From Camelus ferus (Eukaryota), in the NCBI RefSeq assembly GCF_009834535.1, contig NC_045696.1, positions 113,338,001 through 113,402,000 on the forward strand: a DNA stretch of 64,000 nucleotides, in the 5' to 3' direction. Below are positions 50,605 through 62,959 of the stretch, in pieces. Position numbers and translations under genes: made by a program. The notes below the pieces were generated by a model, which did not search any database, was not told the origin of the DNA, and was given only the letters and a program-made list of their open reading frames with translations. Position 1 is the first letter of the stretch. The number at the start of each line of letters is the position of its first letter.

Positions 50605-53184
50605 AGAGGAGATGAAGGTATCTGAGGAGGAAGATCTTGAGCTCACCTCCTCCCGTGGACACACCAGCACAGCTGTGCACAGGACAAGCCTCTCTGCGGA
50701 GGACCTGCAGACTAGCAGAACGGCTCCGCTACAACTAAGGATACTAAGAATAAACCACACTGAGACCCGCAGGAGGGGCAGAGACACAATCTAGTCAGGA
50801 CCCACACCCCCGGCACAGCAACTGACAAACAGGAGGGGATATCACAACCTCAGAGGTCCTCCTTAAGGAGCGAGGGGTTCTGGCTCCGAACTGGGCACCT
50901 GGGGCACAGGGTCCAGCATCAGAAAGACGGACCTCCATAACTGGCTTTGAAAACCAGTGCGGCTTACATCCAGGAGAGCCTGGGGGCTGGAGGAAACTGA
51001 GACGCCATTCTCAAAGGGGTCACACACAAAGTCACTCACCCCAAGTCCTAGCGCAAAGGCAGCAGATTGAAAATCATCTGGGGCTCTCGTCGTCCTGCCA
51101 AGACTGCCTCAGCAGCCCCCGAGCCCATGCCCAGATCAAGCTCCAGTCCTCCCAACGAGCTGGCAGCCTGCTGCCTGCCTTGGGAAATGCCCCAGCCCAC
51201 ACCCAGTCCCAGTGCCAGCCTCACGCTGAAGCCACCAGGCACAGGCAGTCTGTGTAGGGATGCTCTGCACACAGCCACGACCTCAAGACCAGGACAGGTA
51301 ACTGTTTCATCTCATTTATAGAAACAAACACAGAAAGTCAAACAAAATGAGAAGATCAAGTAATTTGTTCTAAACGAAAGAACAAAATAAAACCCTAAGA
51401 GGAAATCTTAATGATACGAAAATAAGTAATTCAGTTGATAAAGAGTTCAGAGCAACAGTAATAAAAATGCTCCCCAAATTCAGCAGAAGAATGGAGCAAC
51501 ACAGTGAGAACTTCAACATAGTGTAAGAAAATACGAAGGAGAAGCAATCAAAAAATAATAATAATAAATATAAATTAAAAAGAGCCAATCAGAGCTGAAG
51601 ATGACAATAACTGAAATGAAAAAAATACACTCTGAATAGCCATAAGCAGTATTGAGAAAAAAGATCAGAGCTGGAGGTATCATGCACCCTGACTTCAGAC
51701 TATACTATAAAGCTATAAAAATCAAAACACTATGGAACTGGCACAAACACAGACATGTAGATCAATGGAACAGGATAGAGAGCCCAGAAATAAACCCATG
51801 CTTCCATGGTCATTTAATCTTTAACAAAGGAGGCAAGAATATACAATGGGGGAAAGACAGCCCCTTCAATAAATGGTGTTGGGAAAACTGGATGCAAAAG
51901 ATTCAAACTGGACTACTGTCTCACACCACACACACAAAAATAAACTCAAAAGGCATTAAAGACTTAAATGTAAGGCCTGAAACCATAAATCTTTTAGGAG
52001 AAAACATAGGTAGTATGCTCTTTGATTCAGTTTTAGTAACATTTTTGGGGATCTGCTCAGGCAAGGGAAACAAAAACAAACAAATGAGACTACATCAAAT
52101 TTCAAAGTTTTTATACAGCAAAGGAAGCTATCAACAAAATGAAAAGGCAATCTAGTAAATGGGAGCAAATATTTACAAACAATATATTCAGTAAAGAGTT
52201 AATATCCAAAATATACAAGAACTCAGACAACTCAACAACAACAACAAAAAAAAAAACCTGACCAAAAAATGGTCAGAGGATCTGAATAGACATTTTTCCA
52301 AAGATGACATACAAATGGCCAACAGGTACATGAAAAGATGCTCAACATCACTAATCATCAGGGAAATACAAACTAAAACCACAATGAGATATCACCTCAC
52401 ACCTGTCAGAATGGCTATTATCAAAAAGACAACAAATAACAAGTGCTGGTGAGGATGTGGAGAAAGAGGAACCCTTGTGAACTGCTGGTGGGAATGTAAA
52501 TTGGTGCAGCCACTATGGAAAACAGTATGGAGATTCCTCAAAGAATTACAAACAGAACTACCACACAATCCAGCAATTACATTTGGAGATATTTATTCAA
52601 AGAAAATGAAAACACTAATTTGAAAAGATATATGCATCTTAATGTTCAACTGTGGCATTGATTACAATAGTCAAAATATGGAAGTAACCTAAGTGTCCAC
52701 TGATACATGAATGGATGAAGACATGTAGATATATACATATATACATATATATAGTGGAATATTACTCAGCTATAAAAATGAATGGAATCTTGCCATTTGT
52801 GACAACATGGAGGAACCTAGAGGGTATTATGCTAATGAAACAAGTCAGAGAAAGACAAATACCATATGTTTTCATTGATATGTGGAATCTAAAACACAAA
52901 ACAAACAAATATAACAAAACAGAAACAGACTCCTAGATACAGTGAACTGGTGGTTGCCAGAGGGAGAGAGTGAGGGGATGGGCAAAACAGTTGAGGGGAT
53001 TAAGAGGTATGACCTGCTGGTTATAAGTCACCAAGGATGTCATGTACAGCACAGAGAAGATACTCAATAATGTTGTAGTAACTTTGCATGGTGCATAATA
53101 CGTAAAAATATCAAATCACTATGCTATATACCTGAAATTTATACAATATTGTAAGTCAACGATACTTCAATTAAAAAAGAAAAC
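50605..53184 (+). mobile_element. Internally deleted L1 (5'UTR and start of ORF1 fused to the ORF2 C-terminal part and 3'UTR)
   Basis: 5'UTR 'gaggaggaagatcttgagctcacctcctccc', ORF1-like ATG at 51347, jump at ~51632 to ORF2 (..[26 protein letters not shown]). TSD agaagctactccc (50592-50604) / agaatctactccc (53185-53197). Confidence 0.88.
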
Positions 53185-53684
53185 AGAATCTACTCCCTTT
53201 GTGAAACACATTCCCTGTTCAGAGGCAGAAAAGTCTTCAAGATCCCTCCCACGGCCTCTCCCAGCAGCCTCCTCGGGTCAGGCTCAGAGGAACAGTGTCA
53301 GAAGCCTTAGAGAAGAGAGCCCAGGACGAAACACTCTCCTGAAAGACAACCCCATCCTGTCCTTGGCGACCCGACCTCCTCCCACCCAGAAACTTGCAGA
53401 CAGATCTGTACTCATAAACAAGGTTGCACACACAACACTCCCGCTGCCAAAAGCAACACCACTTGTCCGTAAGGGGCAATCCATAGACTCTTACAAGTTG
53501 ACATTAGATGGGATGCTGGAGATCACCTGAAAATGGAAGGAACGCATCCAATCCAATTCAACAATTATTCATTCTCTGCCAGCTGTGTACCTAGAACCTG
53601 GTCCTCACAGTGTTTGTTCCTTTTAGAGACACATTTAAACGTTGAAAAAATTGTAGAGAAACAGGAGATAAAGATAATCTTAAT

Positions 53685-53930
53685 GACTTCTACCATATAT
53701 TCAGTGCTGACTCTGTGCCAGGCATCATAGGAAGAGCTTGACTTTCATTAATTCTCACCCTTAAAACGAGGCTTCAAGGTTGTCATTATTTATCCCCTTA
53801 TTGCAAATGTCTAAACAAAGGCTCAAGGAGCTTAAGTAAACCTCTTAGATCACACAGCTGGTAAGTGGCAGAACCAGCGTCTGAACCCAAGTTCATTAAT
53901 GCCGAAGTCCACACATGTGTCACTATACTG
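53685..53930 (-). mobile_element. MIR
   Basis: 'ctctgtgccaggca...aggctcaaggagcttaagtaa...atcacacagctggtaagtggcagaacc'. Confidence 0.7.
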
Positions 53931-55879
53931 TGGAGCTCAAAGTAAAGCATGAAAAATCTTACTGCAGGCTGGAAATTCTCTGAGCGGATGGACTCAGTGC
54001 TGCCCAGATTCCAAAGGGCTAAGGGGTACTGAACCTCTGAAAGCTGCCAGGTTTGTCAAAAGCTCATTAAGCCCTAACATTCCTTATGTAAAAGCTACTG
54101 GAGATTCCAGCATGATGGATTCTCAGGACAATATTAATATAATGGGTCCAAGCTAAAATTTTACATAAAGGACATCAATCCTAATCTCTCCACCAATAAA
54201 AGGCTGTGCTCTAAGGACAAAACACTTTTCAGATATGTTCCACCAATCCCCACAGGTCTCTTATTCACTCGTAAGAAATGTGCTTCAGACCAAGTTTAAA
54301 ACAACAAAAATCAGCTTCCTAAAGTATCAACTATCCAAACAATACTCTGTTTACCTTTTCTTGATTCATAATACATCGTTCAATCCATCCTTTAACTTCT
54401 AGGAAACAAAACTCAAGACTATAATTACTACAAAAATTCTAAACAGACAAACTTACTCAAGGCTCAAAATGTGTTTTTTCTATTCCTTGTCTAACTCAAG
54501 TTGAAATCAATTTCCTCTCCTCTCCTTTGTCTCCTTCTTTTATTAACTCATTATCCTCTCTCCTAAGCTACTGATCAGTTTTCTTCTGAGTATATTTCAT
54601 CAACTTTTTAGAATCTCATTCTGGCTTGAAATAAGAAGTCAGAAATACAGTACATTCCATGGCAGCTTAATTCAGATGGATAAAACTGCAATAATCAAAC
54701 CTGGATCAGGTGTTCCATAACAAGCACAGAGCAGGCACCAATGCATGACAGCAAGATTAACTTGCAAGCCCAGTCTCATGGTCAGGTGTCTTACTCACTT
54801 GGCTTCTGGCAGATGTGAGCTTGGGTCTTGGAAGGCAGGGCAGGGATGGAGGTTGGGGATCATATGTCGGGACTGAGAAAGGAGAGGAGAGACAATGTAA
54901 ATACCGACCCACTCCTGGAAACCAAAGAATCCCTGGCGGGGGTATATCAGTGTGTGGAGGGGGAAGCTGGGAAAAATTGGGGAAGGAAAAGGATCTTTTT
55001 TCCTATTTTCTGACACTTGGCGGAGACTATTTCTTTGAATAGGATGGAGAAGCTGAGGTGTGTCTAATTTGTAAGATACTAGGTTACAGCACAAGCCAGT
55101 GACGGTGAGCAAGTGGAAACCGAGCACTTTCCATTTATCATCTCATCGAACCATCCTGCGCAGTATGCCCAGGCCCACGTTGTCTCTCCAGAAGGAGAGG
55201 TTTCTCATCCGATGCAGATGCTGCCCACTAGGGAGCAGGTTATGGTCGTCTGTGCCATGGCCCCTTTCAGCAGTTTCATGGAGTCTACAGACATCTTCTT
55301 AGAATTATGTTTTAAATGCATAAGATAGAAGAAACCAATTGTACTGCATCACAGTTCTATCCAGGGGCTCTGTGGAACATGTAAAGAATTTCCAGGAGAG
55401 GCTGGGCTGGTTCTGCACAAAGCAGGGCTGAGAACCAGAAAGGGCACGCGTCACAGTCATCCCGGCCCTGCAGGCCTGCACAGGGGGAGACGGCAGAGTG
55501 TGTGAGACAGAGGAAGAACACCACAAGCTGGGCAGCTGGCGTGGGTCAGGCCCGAGTCACTGATGTGCCCTGGACGCCCAAGGGCCAGAGACCCAGGAGG
55601 GCAGAATGCCACTGTGAGTCTGGTCCCTGGTTCTTGGGCAGAATCTCTGTCCTCCCCCACCACTAAAGTCCCTTGTGGAGGTGACCACACCACCAGCGTG
55701 GGCTGGGGTCACATCAGGCTCTGGACGAGCAGGCACCAGGGATGGACTGGATGCAGTTCATTCCCGACCTTCAGGGAGGAACAGAGAAGGAAGGCAGGAG
55801 GTCCCCTGTTTCAGCGGGACTCACACCTGGACTGGAGAAAGCATGCCCTGGACTCCTTCCATCAGCCACGCTCCCAGCG

Positions 55880-56245
55880 GGAAGCTGGTCCCTTCCAGGG
55901 AGTAGCAGAGCAGAGTTTAACAAAGGCACTATTTACAAAGATGGACATCAATCCTAATCGCCCCACCAATAAAGGGAAACTAAGAAAGGGTAAGTAGCCC
56001 AGATTAGCCGGAGACACCTTTACTACACCTAGAGGGGCAAGGGAAGAAAGCAGTTATCAGAATCCAGAGAGAAGGGCAGGAAAAAACCACCCTGACCTCA
56101 CTTCCCTCCACCCTGCAAATCTCCCTGGTGCTTCCCATCAACTGAACCCAACCAAGCCCTCCAAGTTCCCGACTGTCAGCCGTGCAGGGCAGAGCAGGGC
56201 GGAGAGGAACAAGGAGCCTGTCTGGGAAGGCAAACAGGTACTAGC
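55880..56245. mobile_element. LTR33-like ERVL LTR
   Basis: 'gagtttaacaaaggcactatttacaaag', 'gggcagagcagggcggagagg...tctgggaaggcaaac'. Confidence 0.55.
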
Positions 56246-56371
56246 CAAGGATACTTTTCACATGGAGGGCAGGGGAAGGTGCTAAAAAGCCATTTAATTT
56301 GTAAAATAATTTTTACCCCACGGTGAAACCTAGATCAACAAGACCAACAGGAGACACCACTTACTTTCTTT

Positions 56372-56647
56372 GTGTGTGTGCGTGTGAGGCTAGAACTTTT
56401 ACTTTTTAATCTTTTTTTTCATTTTTCAGTTTTACTAGGTAGAATTGTTACAATTTGATGGCAACTATACAATATATTGCATGTAAATACATATATACAA
56501 TATACTGCACACATTTTTAAATTTACGTATATGTCCTGATCATTGTTTCTAAGAACGGTTTAGAGCTTTAGCTTTTTAAACTTACATAGTTATCAAAGGA
56601 ATAAAGCCAACCACAAAGTAAGAATCAACAGAATGCAGTCATTCGAT
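56372..56647 (-). pseudogene. Probable 5'-truncated retroposed fragment (mRNA 3'-end-like; source unidentified)
   Basis: AU-rich sequence, minus-strand ATTAAA (tttaat 56405-56410) near a decayed A/CA tail, TSD-like ttactttcttt / ttactcttttt. Confidence 0.45.
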
Positions 56648-58191
56648 TACTCTTTTTTCAGACACTGCAACTATGTCTCAGGGAGGAAAGGTAACTTGGT
56701 AAAGATTAATTTTTAAAAAATTAACAAAAAAAAGACTGACAACAGAGCCCACACGTGTAGCCCTCCTGATTACTGCCTGTACTGGCTGTATTTTAAGTGG
56801 AATTCTCAGACTGCACAAGGACTTGGAGATAACCCAGTCTCAGCTCACTGCTCAAAATATTTTTTTTTTCTAAAACTACAACATATGGACATTTTCATGT
56901 AAAATCCTCTCTGAGGGAATTATAATCCCTTGTATGAGGACAAGCAGCACAGAAAGTGGTCTATGTTTGGAAACAGTCGCTCAAAATAAGAAATAAATTA
57001 ACGTTTGAAAGGGGAGAGTCGCTCGCCTCAGCCTGGGCAAAGCTTCAGTTTCCAGAAACCCATGAAGATTAAGATGAGGCCTCGGAAGAAGCCAACACCA
57101 CGGACTGTACGAAAGCTTAGACACCAAGGCTGCTTAGGCAAAATTCCAGTCTGCAGACTTTGCATTCAGCGGGCAAAGGGAGGGTTCTTGTCTTTTCTTA
57201 GCAATTTTTTTTTGAAAAGAAATGCACTCAGTATCTACTTGACACCAAGGAGAAAGCCTTGTTCAGAAAACATAACACTTTCTGTGTGTTTCGCTAGATT
57301 AACAACAGTTTATTCTGTTCTCAAGTGTTTTCCTGTTCACATAAGCCAGCAAAGGCTAATTTAGGCCCGATTTCTTTTCACAGTCATAAAAGTATCTCCA
57401 TGCATTTCTACATTTCTATATGTATGTATTTCAAGACAAGCTCAGAATGTCTTAAATTCTGCAGTAGAGAGGATCCTAAGCAGAAACGTATTTGGTAGGC
57501 CATTAGGCCTGCAGTCTGACAAAGGATCTCAGCTCAACTGAGTCAAACCTGAGGAAGGGGATAAGCTTTCTGCAACCTTCGTGTAGGCAGATGAGAAGCC
57601 AAGTGCAGGTAACCATGCCAAAAATAGGAAAAAGAGGAACAATGAGAGACCAAAAAGTAACACAGAAAACCAAAGTCACTTGTAACTTATTTGCCTGTTT
57701 CAGAGATCCCATATCAAAAAAAAAAAAAAAAGCTTTGCACATCTAAGACTTACTGTGCCATCACAGAACAAGTCTTCAAAACCTGCAGAAACAAGCCAGG
57801 TTCTAACCCAGGCCTTGCCATTTCACCTTAGTTGTGTGTCACTGAGTAAATTTTATCCCTCTGGAGCCTCAGTCTACCCAGCTATATTATGGGGGTCACA
57901 ATGCCCGGGTACAGGGTGACGGTGAGTCACATGTAATTTCATGCCTTTTTTTTTTTTTTTAACCAATCCAAAAGCTTTACAAATAAAGCTCAATATCCTC
58001 CAAACTCAACTTTGCCTAAGTCAGGCTCTATGAACACCACTGAAAATGTGCTTAAGGGGGTCGAAGAACACACTTGTCTAGTTTCCTCTGCAAGGCACAT
58101 TCTGGAAGGAAAAGATGGTATCTTTCATGTCCGTTACCTTAACGCGGAGCACACTGAGCTGGCTCAATAAGTATTTCTTGAGCAGATAGAC

Positions 58192-58665
58192 TGCCAGCTA
58201 GAAACTGCCCCTCGCCATCTGCCTCTACAAGGATGGAGTCACGAGCCGCTGCCGCCGCTGACCTCCAGCACTTCCTGAAAGGAGTTCAGGGTGGAGATCA
58301 GGAGTGAGGCGCTCTGGGCTCCGGGAAAAACTGGCAGAACAGGTCTTCAGATAGTTAGATATTTTTAGAAGGAGAAGATTTTACGAGCCCAAATTCTTTC
58401 ATCTTCTCATGTCTAGAAAAGCACTAAAATCATGAATGGAGACATCTGCTCCTCGTGACCAGCAGCAACTTTCTGCCAAATGTGTACCTGACTGCACGCT
58501 ACCCTTCCCCTTCACCAAAATCATATACACACTGACCTCCCTGCTTCTATCTTCAGAGTTCCTCAGAGCTTTCTGAGAGGCTGTCTCCCAGACTACAGTC
58601 TTCATTTTGCCCTAAAGAAAACATAACTCACAACTCTCACGTTGTGCATTTATTTTCAGTCGACA
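58192..58665 (+). mobile_element. MER41-like ERV1 solo LTR inserted in an L2 tail
   Basis: TG start, 'cagagctttctgagaggctgtctcccag' and the terminus 'ttttcagtcgaca' resemble MER41-type LTRs. Confidence 0.65.
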
Positions 58666-59237
58666 GGATGGATGGGCACATGAATTATTGCCTTCCTGCC
58701 TCTGTCAATAGGGCTATTTTGAGGATCAAATGAGATAACACGTGAACGTGCTTTGGAAATTACAGAGTGTTTCAAAAGAGCTCAGTCAACTGTCGTGGTT
58801 TTCACTCTACAGGAAGGAGGGGAAGTGGTTTTCAAGGCAAGAAAAGAGATGGCTGAGGACCTGACCTAAAGGGAAGGATGTAAAATTTTGCATGTAACTA
58901 CAGAACTTCCTCCCGCCTCACAATGTACAATCCTAGTAATTAACAAAAGTAAAGTTACACATTTGTCAGTAATGATTTAATTCAGGAAAGTGGAAATCAC
59001 TCTAGATATTTTGAACAGGAAGAGATTTAATACTGGAGATTAGAAGCTTAAAAAAAAAAACACTGGGGCTAGGGGAATAAAGGTAAGAGAAAGTTGCCTT
59101 TAGAATTCAGGAAATTAGGAAGTGCAGACATTGCCAAAAAGTACCGTCTGTGATCTCAACTACAAGACAAAAAAGAAATGTTCACAAGCTTCTGCTTCAG
59201 AGGGCGAGCCAGCAAAATGTGTATGTATAAACTCCCC

Positions 59238-59925
59238 CTTGCATTGGTTATCAGTGTATTGCCTCTCAGCTGGAAATTCACTCTTCCCTTCCTGCTCTGT
59301 GAAAATGAATCTGGGCCCTTTAACATCTTGCTGGCTGGATGTTAAGTTTTGTGTGTAGAGGGCACTGGAGAGGTAGCAGGAGGAAGGTGCGTTCCTCCCT
59401 GGTTCTGGTGCGGTTCCAGGGTCTGATTCCGGCCGCAGGGGCAGCTCTTCCAGCCTCTCGCTCCTGCGGTACAGCTGACTCCCAGCACCCAACTCCCACG
59501 CTGAAGGCTGACCTGCAGCACCCAGCAGCCGGCTCCCCCGGCAGCCCCTCAGCACTTTTGTAGCTGCGTGCTTTCCATGAACCTCCCCTGAGCAGCTCTG
59601 CCAGGCACCTAGAGGGCAGATTTCCAGCAGGTTCCAACAGGGAGGCCCCAGTCTCTCAACCGTTTTGTGAGCCACAGCCTCCCCGACCAGGTCTGGAGCT
59701 CAGGCCCGGGTGGGTGGCCCATCCTCAGTCACAGGGCCTCAGCCCCGGGGTGGGGGCTGCTCCTTGTATCTGCTAGTCCTGCGTTGTTTAGAGGTCTCTC
59801 TACTTCCTATCAGCCGATCTCTCGTTGCACAATCCTCTGTTATAGTAATAATTCTTTATACTAAAGTTTCCCTATTCAAATTGCTATATGGTTTCTCTCT
59901 CTTGATTGAACCCAGACCAATTCAT
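59238..59925. mobile_element. MER74/MER73-like ERVL LTR
   Basis: 'cattggttatcagtgtattgcctctcagct' at one end and 'tggtttctctctcttgattgaaccc' at the other. Confidence 0.6.
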
Positions 59926-60332
59926 CCCTCAATAATAAGTTTTAGTATATCATTATGAAAAATAATTAATTACACAGGTTACTCACTTCCCTTTGCCATG
60001 CTGCTATATTCATTTGTGCATTCATTTATTTATTCACTCATCCCACAAATATTTGTTGACTACTTACTATGTAGTAGGTTAGTAGGTGCTGGGGCCATAA
60101 GGTCTTGCCCTCCAGAAGCCTACAGACCACAGCAAGAGAGACACAGGTGTGAGAACAAGTAGAATCAGTTCACTGATAAGTGTGGGCCAAGCAGAGTACA
60201 AAGATGAAATGGCTTTCTTGTTTTCCAAACGCTCTCCCCCACTGTGTTACGTCGCAGTGCTCTTTCCCATCACAACATGTCGGGCAGATCTCATCACTTT
60301 CTGATCATTCTCAGCTATTAAAATTCCATTTT

Positions 60333-60842
60333 AAATGTTCCATCAACAGATGACTACATAAAGAAGTTGTGGTATATTTATACAATGAAATACTATCAGC
60401 CATAAAAAAGAACAAAACAATGCCACTTGCAGCAACACGGATGGACCCGGAGATCGTCATTCTAAGTGAAGTAAGACAGAAAGAGAAAGACAAATACCAT
60501 ATGATATCACTTATATGTGGAATCAAAAAAAAAAAAAAAAAGACACAAATGAACTTACTTACAAAATAGAAACAGACTCACAGACATAGAAAACAAACAT
60601 ATGGTTACTAGGGGAAGAGGGTGGGAAACCGGGAGATCAAGATTTGTAGATACTGACCCATATATATAAAATGGATAAACAACAAGTTTGTACTGTAGAG
60701 CACAGGGAACTATATTCAGTACCTTGTAGTGACCTATAATGAAAAAGAATCTGAAAAGGAATACATATATATATATATGGATGACAAAAACATTATACTG
60801 TACATCAGAAATTGATACAACATTGTAAACCAAATATAATTC
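60333..60842 (+). mobile_element. Young L1 3' end (~510 bp)
   Basis: Homologous to 19911-20438. TSD-like aaattccattttaaa / aaatcccactttaaa flanking the element plus its purine tail. Confidence 0.9.
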
Positions 60843-60962
60843 AGGAAAGGAAGGAAGAAAGAAAGGAAGGAAGGAAGGGAAAGAAGGAAGGAAAGAAAGA
60901 GGAAGGGAGAAAGAGAAAAGAAAAGAAAAGAAAAGAAAAGAAAAGAAAAGAAAAGAAAAAAA
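60843..60962 (+). repeat. Polypurine (GGAA)/(GAAA)/(GAAAA)n tract derived from the L1 A tail
   Basis: Directly visible; ~120 nt without a pyrimidine. Confidence 0.95.
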
Positions 60963-62479
60963 TCCCACTTTAAAACTCCAATATAAATGGTGCCTCTCTT
61001 CCCCCCGAGGCAGGACTGACTGTGAGGGGCAGAGGAGAGGTGGTACAGCTTTTGGGGCACCTTCTTTCTCTCCCACCCGAGTGCTGGGATGGGGAGGATG
61101 AAGAAAGAGAAAAGAATCTCTTACAACTGATGCTCCACATCTCAAGAGGCACGTCCTTTAGCATGGGAGGGCCTCTGCCCTACAGGGCTCCTGATGGGAC
61201 ACCCAGCCCTAGCTCACTCTCTTTCAGACCCCGTCTCAGTCCTTGCCCCCGACAGTGTCCCACAGCAGCTTCCTGCCGGTGTCCCACACCCGGCTGACAG
61301 TCCTCTCACCCTGGCCACCAGCAAGCGGCTTCAAGCCACACTATTGTCTCTCTCCAGGTCTCCTTTCCCTGCTCAGGTAGGCCCAGGCCCGCCACCAAGT
61401 CCTGACCCGCTGCCTCGGCAGTACCGCCTCCGGGGAACGGATGCCAGCTTCCTGTTCTTGCAGGTGCCTCCAATCGCTGAGTTGGGACCTCTGGGAACTG
61501 CATCTTTACGTGGCTTGTGAAGGGAAGAGAGCACCCGTGGGAAAAGATGGGAGAGCCACAGCACTGCCCCCGGGGCTGACAACCCCAAGTCTAAAAATGA
61601 AGCCCCTCTGCCCTTCCAGGTCCCTGAGCACCTGGAGACCCGTGCTTGGTGGTAGCACTTCCAGTTAGCTGTCCCTCAACAAGCCCTGGAGGCTTATGAG
61701 GCCCAACTGTTGGGAGCCCTCCTTATGCTGCGAAAGAATTACTTGCAAACCCACATTGGACCCGGTTGCTAGTTCTAGACAGGAAGATCCTCTCAGCTTT
61801 CCGTTACACAAGTGAACACATATAAAACCAGCATGATTAGCACCACGCTAGACATGTTCCATGGGTACCCAGCCCAGGCTTGAGAGGATTTCCCCAGAAT
61901 AGCTGAGATCTAAGTCCCAAAGGACACGTAGCTTTATCTAAGCACAGAGTGTGAGGAGAAGGTGCCTAGGAGCGAGAAGAGCTCATGCGGAAGTCTGGAG
62001 GGCTCAGTGTTTTGTTTTTTCCCCAGGAATTGCAAGTTTGTCCTGCAACAAATATTCACCAGCACCTACGATGTGCCAGGTGTCAGTTCTAGGTGCCGGA
62101 GGTACAGCAGAAAGCAAACACCACAAAAACCCCTCACAATGCTTCCTACGCTGGTGGGAGGAAGGAGCAAGGCAGGGGGCAGAGAGATGAGGCTTCCGAG
62201 AAAAGGGGCCCAGGGATAAAGGGCCTGGAAGCGCAGCCAAAAAAGTCTGGCTTATGTTGAGAACACGGGGATACCACGGATTTTAAGAAGAGTTGAGGTA
62301 TGTGACATTTACACCATACCACTCTGTTCCAGAGCAAATTTTCCTTTGTTTCTTCCATAAAAATCCCCTGTCATTTTTCAAGGCTAGCACAGTCCCCTTC
62401 CTATATCTGACACAGGAGCATACAAACAGGAAGTACAAAAGAACCTCAAAATATTCCCTAGGCACAAAAATCCTAATGA

Positions 62480-62955
62480 CGTTGGAGCAACTGGTTACCC
62501 ATTCAGAAGAGAACACAGACAGAGCCTTGTATGACACGTAAGTGAAAATAAAGTTCAAGTGAATAAAAGATTTCAATAGAAAAATAAAATAAAAACACTA
62601 GAAGAAAATATAGCAGAATATTTTATGATCTTGGAGGGGAAGGACATTTTTAAACATGACACAAAATATTCACAGATTTGACTACCAGTTAAAATTTTAA
62701 GCATCTAAGGAGGCAAAAGTAACCATACACAAAATTTCAGATCACAACTAGGAAAACATACACAAAGCAACAGCAAAGTGGCAATACATATAAAACTCTC
62801 ACAAATCAACATGAAAAAGATTTAACATCACACTCCAACAAAATAAGGGCCCAGGGTATGAACAAATATTTCTCAGTAAAAGACATACAAAGCAATGTTA
62901 TTAAAGATAAAAAAAAGATGTTTCACCTTTAAAAATGGAACCTAAAGTTGCATTA
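62480..62955 (+). mobile_element. Old L1 ORF2 3' fragment
   Basis: 'aaaacactagaagaaaatatagcagaatattttatgatcttggaggggaagg', 'agacatacaa'. Confidence 0.65.
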
Positions 62956-62959
62956 CCAT

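Noticed and set aside
59160..59675. 171-aa ORF and a CTCF-like motif (gcacctagagggcag, ~59605)
   Set aside because: Both lie largely within an ERVL-type LTR; the ORF has no recognisable homology and the motif mismatches a core position.
60555..61145. 196-aa hydrophobic ORF, the longest in the track
   Set aside because: Its F/L/S-rich content is the translation of the purine microsatellite and antisense L1 3'UTR.
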